Positions 52,719 through 64,000 of a DNA stretch of 64,000 nt are shown here, piece after piece (positions within the stretch are counted from its first letter, which is position 1; each line of letters starts with the position of its first letter). This DNA is from Callorhinchus milii. Lineage: Eukaryota. The stretch spans positions 37,574,001 to 37,638,000 of the forward strand of contig NW_024704743.1 in NCBI RefSeq assembly GCF_018977255.1. The letters are read 5' to 3'. The position numbers and the translations under genes are program-made. Below the pieces are notes generated by a model, which had not been told where the DNA came from, did no database searches, and saw nothing but the letters and a program-made list of their open reading frames with translations.

Positions 52719-54384
52719 TGGCAGATACAATTGGCGCAGTGGCTTCTGGCTTGGAAACAATGCATCTTATACCCTCAATGTGGGACTTCTCACTCGCAAT
52801 GTCCCTTGTCATTTATTCTAATCACCATTATACTTCTGAGGTAACAATCCCACCACTGCCATGTTTGGAAACTTCAAAAAGTACCCTATATTTCAGGATC
52901 TTCCAGCATTTATACCACAGAAATATTTACTCTCAGAGATGGGAGAGCATGGAAAAATCATTACTGTCCGACGTTTTTGACTTAGCTTTCATTACTTATC
53001 TCTAATGCCACATTGCATCAAAAGGGAATTGAAACACAATGGTGATTATTTTTATGTTACTATTGTAGTAATGTTGTATGATCAAGTAGTGCAAAACAAA
53101 GTTATCACTAACTGATAAACATGAAGAAATGACAGTAAAAACATGATATTTTCTGCATAAATCTCATAATGAATGCACAGTTGTAAAGAAATGTGCTGCA
53201 TCTTTGCTTTCAATACTAAAATTACAAGTGCGTTGTCTATTTCTGTATTTTAGTATAAGGCTATTAGAATGGTAGTTTATAGCTTACACAATGGAAAAAT
53301 AATTACTGCTTTAATGTGTCAGAAGGCAGGAGCCTATATGTTCCATTCACTCTGGTAGTTGTAATTAATTTAATTTTACTTTGGATCCTTCAGTGTTAAT
53401 TGCAGGAATATTAGAATAATGAAAGTACAGCGGCAATAGTTCTACCTCTGAAATAATTCTTGTATTTTATATAGCATCTAGAACACCAAAATGTCTCCAT
53501 AGAACCATAGAAATTTATAGCACAGAAGGCCATTCAGCCCATCATGTCTGTGCTGGCTTTTTTTTAAAGAGGACTCTCAAAGTGTTTCATAGATAATTAC
53601 TGTCAAATGTATTGACTATATATTTGTTCCACAAACAGGCATGAAGTGAATGTTTATTTTTTTATCTGGGGAATTGTTGATCAGGACGCAGGGAGAAACT
53701 CCCTTTCACATTCTAAATAGTGCCATGGTCGTTTAAATTGCGGTAGATACTTTAAGGGCTGTCTGTGTTTAAACTAATTCTACCTATCGTATCAGGGTTG
53801 CAGCCCAGAAATCCTTATATCCTAAAGATGGCTGAAGATTATTTTTTGATTACATACTCCTGGGTAAATCATGCAATGTTGCTATGTGTTAATTAACACT
53901 TGTTGTTAAATGAACTACCTTACGATATTCAACACATAGTCTGAACAGCGACTCCTCTCCTCCCAACACAGAGCAGCATTGTAAAACTCACTGGAGTGTT
54001 ACTAATAAACACCTTTGCAGGAGCTCTTTTTTCAAAACTTATCCCAGGTTTGATAGTAATTTAAACTAAATCTTTGCTGTTTGTGTTCCAGATTTTTGTG
54101 CTTTATTGATTTTTATGAATAGATTAAATATTTTCGACATCCATTATTGTTTTCTCCAAGGCTCCTGCAGGTGCTGACCATACTAGGGTATGATTTCCGT
54201 GTGTGCTGACTACCCTCTGGTTCCACACCCAGGTATCTCTGCAATGTGTGAGTCTAAGTACTGAATGTTAGCAGGCATGGAGGGCACCTGTAATCCACCA
54301 GCGTCCACCAGCCCCACATCTTACACTTTCAAGCAGAGGTCACAGGATAGAGATCAGTCGTCTGAAATGTCACCTAGTCTTAGG

Positions 54385-54560
54385 AAAATAATAATAAATC
54401 TAGTAACCTTGCATTTGGTATAGCGCCTTATCATGTCATTGAGACATCTCAAAGTGCTTCACAGGATAAACTGTAAGTGGATTGACTGTATTTTGTGGAC
54501 GAAACGCGGCAGCCAGTTGCGCCCAACAGCGTCCCATAAACAGTTGTGGATTGAGTGATC
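54385..54560 (-). mobile_element. SINE family A 3' half (similar halves at 5375-5520, 35075-35230, 60320-60450)
   Basis: Reverse complement of tail and core. Confidence 0.85.
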
Positions 54561-55914
54561 AAATTAAAAACACAAGAACATAAGAATTTGCAAGGCAATA
54601 AAAGACCAAGGTCCATCCAGTTCGTCTTCCATCACCCTGGCAGTTGGTTGACATGTCATGTCCGCAACCTATATATCCCAAAATATTATTTCCTAGCAGA
54701 AAATAACAATTACTTTTTTTAATGTTATGCAGAATAATGTAAAAAAATAAATTCAGTCTTAATATGGAAGCCACAGTTCTTAAAAAGAACCAGCTGGTGC
54801 TTAGAATTGCTCTTGTTTGTTACACTCCTTCCGACAGGACCTCATCAGTTGGACAACACATCTGACAATGCAGCACTCCCCCAGGGCCTCACTGGATTGT
54901 CAGCTTACACTGTGAACTCAAGCCCTGATGCAGGACTTGAGCTGATGTAAATAGGGAAACATCTGCTGGATTAAACAGTGTGTGCATAAGCGCTGTATGA
55001 TACAGCACTGACAAGCCTACAGATCGTGTAACATGAGGCACTTTCGTTTGATAGGTGCTGTTATGAGAAAAATTAAGGCACCGCTTCCTTTTGAAGGGAT
55101 TGCATTTATTTAGAGGATTTCTTTCTCTTTCTCTTTAAATCCACATCACAGAAGAGAGCGCAGCTTCAATTCAGCAGCATCTGCTCCCTGTGAACAGTGA
55201 TTATCTCATCAAACAGTGACACGGCACCGAGGCACCAGTGAAGAGTGACAGTATAAATACCCCAGCATGACCGTATTGCCTGACAGTTTGCTTGTTTCCC
55301 AATCATTTCTGAGAGTGTGGAAATGTTTATAGGGTTTTGTTTATTCCATACATGTTGAGGTAAGGACAGTAAAGACTACTGAACGCATGTTTTTTTAACT
55401 CTTCTCTTATTTTCATAAAAACACACGGTTGCACCTTCTAAACAACAGCTCCGGGAAGCTTCTGCTTCTCAACCACAGTCCCCGGAATAAGCCGACTCTG
55501 AAGATGGCATTTATGTTTACAGCTCATACTACAACCTCCCACTCACATACAAACACACACAAACAAACACACATAACTGAGTGTTAGTTACACACACTGA
55601 TTTTTTGGGGGGTTCAGCCGAGTGTCTGACACATGCGGAAACCCATTACCATGTTTAAGAGTATCCAAACCAAACTGAGATTTCCATGCATCCCATCTAC
55701 ATGTGGAAATCCCAGAGATAGATTGTTGAAATGGATTTCTGGAGGAACGCATCCTGCTTACCTAATTCTAGAAAGTATTAGGCGCAGGTTGTAAAAGAGC
55801 CAAGGCTTGGGACCCCAGAATGTGCGTTGAGGTACTGCCAGAATCTAACCAGCTAAAACTACATAGTTTGTCATTGATTTCACCCCACCCCACGCTGAGT
55901 ATTAGTCACACACA

Positions 55915-56272
55915 TAGAGTCCTGTAGTATATTGGTTGGAGCTCTCGCCTCACAAGCGGGAGGACCCGGGTTCGATTCCTGGGCAGGGCAAAACCTTAGG
56001 CAAGTTTCCTTGCTCCACACACCTCTGTTTACCTAGCAGTAAGTAGGAAGCTGATTGTTAGTTCAATTGGCAGATCACTTTCAAGGGATAATAGGGGTAA
56101 AAAATAATCGGTCACTCAGTCCATGACTGTTTGTGGGACACTGCTATGCGCCATTGACTGCCGTGTTTCGCTCACAAAATACAGTCTATTCACTTTACAG
56201 TATATTCTGTGAAGCGCTTTGAGACATCTTGAAGACATGATAAGGCACTATATCAAATGCAAAGAGTATTAT
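55915..56272 (+). mobile_element. SINE family A full length
   Basis: B box ggttcgattcc; head resembles tRNA-Val/Ala (ctcgcctcacaagcg); core and tail present. Confidence 0.92.
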
Positions 56273-57254
56273 CACATCAGTACAGAATGCAATGTTGTGT
56301 CAGATTGAAGCTCAGATCTGGCTCATTGTTTATCTGTCTCATCTGCCTGAAGCGCACTGCAGAGGGTGCTCATAATGGATACCAAAATAGGGTGTTATGC
56401 AACTTTCTGTTGGCTAGACTATTTATCATTCACTTTTTGTCAGTGGGTGTGTTGGACTGGACAGTGGCAGACATGAGCTGCAGCTTGGCATCCTCATTAG
56501 AAGTGCGGAGGGAATTTATTTTCACAACTGAACACGTTATATTGAATTTGCAAAGATACAATTAATGTGGGTAGCAGCCTTTAATTTAATCACAGGCTTC
56601 AAAAAACATTCTTAAACCATTTAAGTTTCACTCTTGTGGGTTATGGTATTAGTTGACGCCCTGCATTAAAACACAGGCCCTGGTCTTTACTTTTAACCAG
56701 CTGCAGTTTTAGATTGATAAGTAGGCAGTGTGAGAAATGTGTAGCAAATAGCAAAAAATTATTTATCTGTCATCGCTGCTGGTAACTCTCTCCGGAGCTT
56801 GAAGGGTTAATGGGAGATTGCTCAGTGAGCAGGACAGAGCAACAAGAAACCTCCTGCTGGGAAGAGCTGCTGAACAATGCTGGTAATTAATGAGAAATGC
56901 ACATTGAGAGAGAGGCATAGTGCAGTACAGGACAGGGGGGGGTGGGGGAGGAAAGTATTGAATGGTGCGGAACACATGCTGGGCAGGATCCAGTGAAGTA
57001 GTGTTGTGGGATGCAAAATAGACAGAAAAATAAATCTGAAGGTGTTTGGGATTCCACGGGGGATGGGTTGGAAAAGAACTAATGTTTTGCAATGAGAATA
57101 AATACAACAACTTATATTTATATAGAGCCCTTCACACAGATGGAGTCTCGGAGCGCTGAGCAGCGGCGTGGGCTTACTGCCAAGCCGAATGGTGGGGAGG
57201 GATCGAAGGAACGGTCAAAGAGGTGTGATTTGGAGACGGGCAAATTCAGAGGCA

Positions 57255-57930
57255 AGACAAATACAATACAATACTAAATTACATTTGTGTAGTTGTTTCA
57301 CATCGGGAGGACGTCACACGACGCCGGACAGTCAGGGATTTGGACCCGAGCGGGGGATTTAGGTTCAGGGAGGGTAGGAGGGTGGCCAAAAGCGCGGCCG
57401 AAGAGGAAGGTCTTGAAATGTGCCTTGAAGGAGGCAAGGGAGGGAGCAAGGTGAAGGGAATGTGGGGTGGAGTTCCAACTGATGGGGGTAGAGATGCTGA
57501 AGGCCCGACCGTCAATGGTGGGGGATATGGGGCTGCTGAATAGAGGGACTGGACAGGTTTATTTGGGGTTAGGTGGTCACAGAGCTAGGGAGGGGCAAGG
57601 CCGTGGATGGCCTTGAAGGCGAGGACGAGGATGTTGAACTCTATCCTCTGGGGGATGGGGAGCCAGTGGAGTGGAGCTGGGTGAGGGTGTAGGTGAAAGG
57701 GTCTCGGAGCCCGGTGCAGGAGAGGATGCGAGCTCCAGAGTTCCAGTGATCTGCAGCTTGTGCAGGGAAGAATTGAGAAGGCCGTCAAAGAGGGAGTTTC
57801 CATAGTCGAGCCTTGAGGTGATGAATGCGTGTATGAGGATTTTCGTGGTCTGAGGGGTGAGACAGTGGCGGAGCCAGGCAATATTGCGAAGGTGGGGGAA
57901 GGCAGAGCGGGTCATGTCATGGATGTGGGG
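57255..57930 (-). mobile_element. L2 3' portion (extra L2 pieces at ~57100-57250 and 57950-58080)
   Basis: ORF 57577..58134 reads HLRNIAWLR...ILIHAFITSRLDYGNSL; ORF 57585..57881 reads LHWLPIPQRIEFNILVLAFKAIHGLAP. Confidence 0.92.
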
Positions 57931-58164
57931 TAGTAAGTACAGTTGACAAAGGGATTGAGGCAGGAGTTCCAGAAATTCTGGGCATAGTGGCTGAAAACAT
58001 AGCCGCCAATTATGGAGCGGAGGGGAAGAGGGACTGGCAGAAGCCTCGAGCGTGCTGAGTGAAGGCAGCAGGTAGAGAAGTGGAGTTATAAACAATAATT
58101 CCAGCTGTGTGTGTTTATGGGTAAGAGGATACAACTCTCAGGAAAGATGTGGATATATGGGCTG

Positions 58165-58745
58165 GCTGTTTCGCCTGGAGATGAGACGACTGAGGTGGCT
58201 AGCCAGAGGTGTTTAAAATTATGAAGGGATTCAATAAGGTGAACATAAATACACTGTTTGCACTTGTTGGTGAGTCCATAACAACAACAATTTGCACTTA
58301 TATAGCGCCCTCCACGCAGGGTAGTGTCTCAGAGTGCTTAACAGTGTTGGAGCCTGACTCCAGGGGAGAGAGGGAGCAAGACAGATTGAGGAAGAGGGTT
58401 CCAGTGTTTCGGGGCGTAATGGCTAAAAGCGTGACCTCTAATGGTGGGGCAGAGGGTGCGAGGGACGAGCAGGAGGCCCGTGCCAGTCAAGCGGAAGTAC
58501 CAGGTGCTGGAGTGAGGAGAGAGGAGGTTGGAGAGGTAGGGAGATGCCAGGGAGTGACAAGCATATATATGAGATGAGGTATCATTCGTGAGTCATGTTA
58601 TTAGATAATTATTTGGGGAGAACAAGTTTGCAGGGCTATGGGGAGAGAGCGAGGGGATGGGATTGATTTGGATAGTTCACTTCAAAGAGCTGGCACAGAC
58701 ACGATGGTCCGAATGGCCTCCTTCTATGCTGTATAATTCTATGAT
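58165..58745 (+). mobile_element. CR1 3' fragment interrupted by an antisense L2 tail (~58280-58585)
   Basis: GLFRLEMRRLR...EVFKIMKGFNKV, then (CAA)n L2 reverse complement, then the CR1 tail. Confidence 0.8.
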
Positions 58746-60815
58746 GAGTTTATGTACACATACATGAGGGAGAAGGGAATAGAGGGCTAAGGAAAATGAA
58801 TTAGGATGGCAAAAGCTCATGTGGCGTATAAACACCATCACATATTAGTTGTTTTAGTAAAATCCTTCCCCCACTGATAGCCTGCTATTGCCCACAGGCT
58901 CATGTGAATGCACGATTGGCTGCATTCACTGGACATAAAGATGTTAGATTCCAGTCAAACCATGGGAGAACTATTCAATAATCTGTAGAACATAAAACTA
59001 GTGTTTGCTCAATAAACATTAAAATATCCACTTATTCGGAGATTTCCAGCTGTCAGAAGTAAACAGAACGGGAGCTGTGAGTGTCTTTCACTCACTCTTT
59101 CTCTTCTCCACAGAGAAATCTAAGTTAAGGGAGGGGTGGGGGTGGGGGGCTTCTGTCACTTTTTATGAAATGCGTGAAGAGCTCGCAATCATTTTTGTCA
59201 GAGTGTTGTGCCATGTAAGTGACCACACCGATATGCTTTGATGTGACTGTTCTCGTGTCGTCCGTTCACAGCCCTTTATCAATAAGAAGGGGTAAAGGTT
59301 GCCACTGTTAGCAATCACTGCTCGATAAATTTCCCTTCGTCGCCGTGAAAGCGCTCGCTTGTGAACAGATGACACACTGGAGTCTAAAAACCTCTCACCG
59401 CTGTGTGGCTGACGGCAAAAGCCCCTCCGACGTAAGCGCCATTTTCTCCATGGAAACCCCTGTACGGCACGCAGCCTCCTGAGACTACGGCTCTGATGGG
59501 ATATTGTGTCCGAGCTGAAGTCTCGCGAGGCAGCACGCCGTATCTGTGCATCAAGTCGACATTTAGTGCCAGAGATATTCAGAACCCGGTGCTCAGGCGA
59601 GATCAACCGGCAGCTGTTAAAGTCTCTCATTGTAAACTGAAATGTAGCCAGTGTTTGTATTGAGCCACATGAACAGGCTGTGCAACTTCATAAAACAGTG
59701 GTGTCTAAATAATGGCATGGACACAGCCACAGTGCGTATTTGGGAGAAGTCGCAAAACCATTTTTAAGAGATCACTTCAGGGTTGCTGATTCCTTGAGTT
59801 TTGTTAAAGATAATAGGGTCTAAATTGCTTTGTTTCTTGCAAGAAATGTGCAATTATCAAATTTCTAGAACATTAGATGATCTGAAGACATTTAAATCCT
59901 TTCTTTTGTAACCAGAGGCATAGAATACAGGAGCTGGAAAGAAATATATTACTTTTACAAGATCTTGGTTAGGAAATAGTTGACGCATTGTGTTCCCCCC
60001 CCACCCCCCCCCCCCCCCCCAGAAGGATAAAGAAAATAGAAAATGTGCAGGGGAGGATTATAGGCAAACCCATTATATCGTGGTGATCTGGGTCCACACT
60101 ACACTACTATACTTGGGGAAGTACTATATCGAGGTGTGTAATAAAGGAGTCACCCTATATTGGATGGTGTGGGTGAGTGAGCAGAAGAGTGAGATAAGAT
60201 TATGTGTCTCACATGGACCAAAAAAAAGCACTGAATTGATGGGCAAAATGGGCTGTTTCTGGGCAGTAACATTCTATAAGTGTCATCAAAGCAAGGTTCA
60301 TCAACACATGCAATGTTTTAAAAATAATCCTTGCTTTTGACATAGCGCCTTATCACGCTTTTGAGATGTCTCAAAGCACTTCACAGAATATACTGTAAAG
60401 TGAATTGACTGTATATTTTGTGGGCAAAATGCAGCAGCCAATTACACATGGGACCATTACACATTTTATATTAAGGAATGTGGTAACTTCGACCCCAGTT
60501 TTTACAGAAAGAAAACTAAATGAGTGACATACATGTACAGGGTTTTTTTTATATCTTACTGGAGGTTTTGATTGGCCCCTACCTTTTGGTTCACAGGTCC
60601 TTCATCTACAAGGATACAACTTGTAAGAACTCATCAGATTTATGCGGTGTTCCTTTTTAGTTATCCCTGAGAGAAGTACTGTACTTGTTAATATTTTATA
60701 CAGATTAAACATGTATAAATAACACTCCAGTTGCTTAATTAACATCTGCCCTTCTTTAGTTTAATTGCTGATGACAGTGACAGAGAACTCGGAGCTGAGC
60801 GCCACTTATTTGTAG

Positions 60816-61019
<204 letters not shown>

Positions 61020-61039
61020 TGATGTGACAGACGAATTGA

Positions 61040-61189
<150 letters not shown>

Positions 61190-61439
61190 TAACTTGATTT
61201 TTGGGGAATAATGATAAAAGGCGAAAGGTTATAAATAAAAAATATTGGAACCCTTATCTATGAATTGTAATAATTTATTTTCCCTCCTCTCCCCCCTCTC
61301 CACAAAACTTAGTGTAGCCCAATAGGGTTTGGCTGTTTGTTTGAATTTTATAAAGTGCGATTTGCCTCTGGCATGTTTGATATATGATCTGCCATCACAA
61401 GGGGAAAGTAATCCTCAAAGTAACTCATGTGGGCAGATC

Positions 61440-61680
61440 CAATGGTGCCGTGGATGAAGCTGCAGCCTATTGACCTGCAGCTCACTGGTTCAAATCCTTC
61501 TCCTTCTTGAGGTTACTTATCTCAACCAGAATTGCATGGGAAGGCTAAACTGGCCCTAGCATTTGCAGGGTTAGGGAGGGAAAAAACAGCTAGGCTTCTG
61601 CTCCTTATCCCTCTGCAGCACTCTCTGCTGGTAGTGCATGTGTGTGGCCACTGCGCGAGGAGCGGTCAAGCTCAAATGTC
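61440..61680 (+). mobile_element. Old SINE family C (tentatively AmnSINE2-like); relatives at ~48600-48840 (+), 51030-51250 (+), 54160-54390 (-)
   Basis: B box ggttcaaatcc; shared motifs tggccctagca...tagggagggaaaa...cagc...ctgctggtagtgcatgtgtgtgg and cagcaccttcagga. Name is from memory only. Confidence 0.45.
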
Positions 61681-62614
61681 ATCGACAGTCGAGAGAGAAA
61701 ATGGGGAGAAAGATTAGCAAAAATAATAGTACACATTAAATTTTTATGGGAAGAAACAGAGAAAAAGGAGCATCCAACTGCAAGTACTTCTGTGAGTTCA
61801 CATGTAAGAGTTGGCCTCACATTTATGAGCAAACTGCTCCCTATGCAATAACTGGGTAGATTTCTGTGTTAGCTTGTAGTTTTGCAATTCCCTTTCCCCT
61901 ATTGGAACAAATCATTCTTTACATTTTGCATGATTACAGATTTGCCTTCACACATCTCGTTCTGTCCAGGTTGAATAATCCTAAGAGTGAGTTTTCACCT
62001 TTTAGTTCATGGTCTCTGTGGTGAGACTGTGAGGCTGTAACACTAATCCTAATGTGCAGTAAAAGCTAGCTCAGCATATTAATATTCTATATTCATATTA
62101 TTTTCTTATTATTTATACAGCACCTTTAATATCAGTAGGACGTCCCAAGGCATTTAACAATATTGGCTTGGCACCTCTACTGTTGAAAGAGAAAATAGGG
62201 ATAAACATTTCAAAAATATTAAGAATATTATATTAATATTACAAAAATAATATTAAGGTGAGTGACCCTGCCTGTGTACGTGTGTGTGTGTATGTGGTTT
62301 TCAGTAAATGTGCAAAAAATCTGTAATAATAAAGAAGATTGCCTCAACTCCACTCTGACTCTTTTTTCTCTCCCATTCTCTCCCTCTCTTGCCTTTCTCC
62401 CTCTCTCCCTCTCACTCACTCTCTTTCGATTTTCACAATGGTGATCTTATAAATATAATATGAATGAAAAGGCAGTTGAGTGCTGCAAGGCCTGACCAGC
62501 GCACTCTGTCTCTCCAGGGCTCTGTTGCTGACCTAAATGCATCTCAAAATGGTTTAGCGTCTGTGATAGTTTCATTAGAAGTCTCTGACTGACGGTTCTG
62601 ATTCTTGTAGCTGA

Positions 62615-62737
<123 letters not shown>

Positions 62738-62890
62738 TAAAATCGTGCTCCACTTTGGCTTGCTGCAGTTTCTGAAGCACTGACTGAATACTTGAGTGAA
62801 AAGCCATCAGGTTTGTATCATGACATGGCTGCTGGCATTTATTGTTGCAGAAAGCTTCGCTCTCTTGGCCTGCTGCTTCTGCCCACACCA

Positions 62891-63128
62891 GGGCTAAAAC
62901 TCCAACTAGAGTTAATCTATTAGGGTCTAGTTTTATTGTATTAGCGTAACATTTCACAGCACACAGAATTTGTCAAATTCTTAAATACAGCCTTCATTTT
63001 GAAACTGGTTTTCTGCCATTTCTTTTCACGCTCTGCAGAAAATAGGCTTCCGTAAACTGGCCGAATTCTGCACACTTTGAAATGCAACGTTGATAGAGTA
63101 AATCTAGACCCAGGGAGAATATCTACCC
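62891..63128. mobile_element. MITE (PIF/Harbinger-like), copy 3
   Basis: 62923-62980 is inverted to 63055-63111. The right end reverse-complements to gggtagatattctccctgggtctagatttactcta. Internal cagaattt..caaattcttaaatacag is shared with 45015-45041. Confidence 0.75.
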
Positions 63129-63158
63129 AGCAGTGAGCATATCTACCCAGCAGTGAGC
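63119..63158. repeat. Perfect 20-bp tandem duplication (ATATCTACCCAGCAGTGAGC x2) spanning the MITE right end
   Basis: Read directly from the sequence. Confidence 0.95.
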
Positions 63159-64000
63159 TAAATGCCTCTATAATGCTTTAGCAACCACACAGCCTTCAAT
63201 TAGTGATAGCTGAACAAGTGTTTGGGCGTCTTGTTGTGAGGAGAGCAAGCGTGTGGAGCTGCATCTGCTCTCTCTGTTTGCCAGTGAGTCCCTGGATAGT
63301 GGCCAGCAGGAGGCAGTGTTAAGCACCACGAGAAGCTCCTCTTTCTGTTCTTCTGTGATATTCTGTTCCTCTGTTCTGTTCTGTGGCTGCTCTATTGGTG
63401 GATGGCACACCTACACTTTTGATTTCTCCCTCGATGGCACGTGAAAAAAACATGGAGTTATAAGTTGCCGTGTCCTCTTGACGTGGAAATCTATGAATGT
63501 AAACTGTATAGTAAATTAAGCCATTGGGCAGGCTGGACCCAAAGTGGCTTGTCTGGCAGCTAGCAGTTAATTGTTTGGCTTAGGAGAGTACTGATTTTGG
63601 TCTCCCAGTTAGGTGAATCCTGGGAAAGCAAAATCATAACCTGATTCATGACCTAAAATTTGCAAAACAAAATCGGTATCCAAAGCTCACAGGTGACACT
63701 AGGATCCTGAGTAGAGCAAATCGTTTACATGCTGAAGGCGGTCTGTCACCTGCTGGGTGTTCCTAAACTCATTCCTTAAATGAGGAAGGGAATGCTTTTT
63801 GGAATACTGCAAATGTTACCACTATAAATGTAGAATAAAATGGTTCTTATAAGATTACAGTTAATTATTGCCACGAGTAACTAATCTGCTGAATTTAGTG
63901 AACAGGACAGAAGAGCACATAGCTCAGGCATTGAATTCACTATATTGAACAACCTTTACAAGATCACATGATTGATTCGGATGAAGAAGGCCCTTTGGCC

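Noticed and set aside
63319..63339. REST/RE1-like site ttaagcaccacgagaagctcc
   Set aside because: Matches 16 of 21 consensus positions, but the GGACAG core is broken.

Overview
Vertebrate genomic DNA, AT-rich and repeat-dense. The window holds eight consecutive internal coding exons (753 nt, 251 aa, + strand, all phase 0, all GT-AG) of a copine gene that reads as CPNE4. They cover most of C2A, all of C2B and the start of the VWA domain; the gene's start and end lie outside the window. Everything else is intron, filled with tRNA-headed Deu-domain SINEs, decayed CR1 and L2 LINEs, MITEs and a minisatellite. This repeat set suggests a cartilaginous fish, possibly a chimaera/elephant shark (inference). 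I found no prokaryotic features, no CRISPR array and no convincing new protein-coding system. The most notable structures are: (i) a 75-nt exon enclosed by inverted L2 elements that also begins with a latent 5' splice site; (ii) several insertions apparently copied from nearby DNA, the clearest being a SINE-tail/CR1 chimera with a 7-bp TSD; (iii) an unrecognised 1.27-kb element with ~190-bp terminal inverted repeats; (iv) a Harbinger-like MITE family; (v) a CCHC zinc-knuckle LINE relic; (vi) a CpG-rich non-repeat island in the long intron. Repeat boundaries were read by eye and are approximate. Family names and human comparisons come from recalled sequences, not from database searches.
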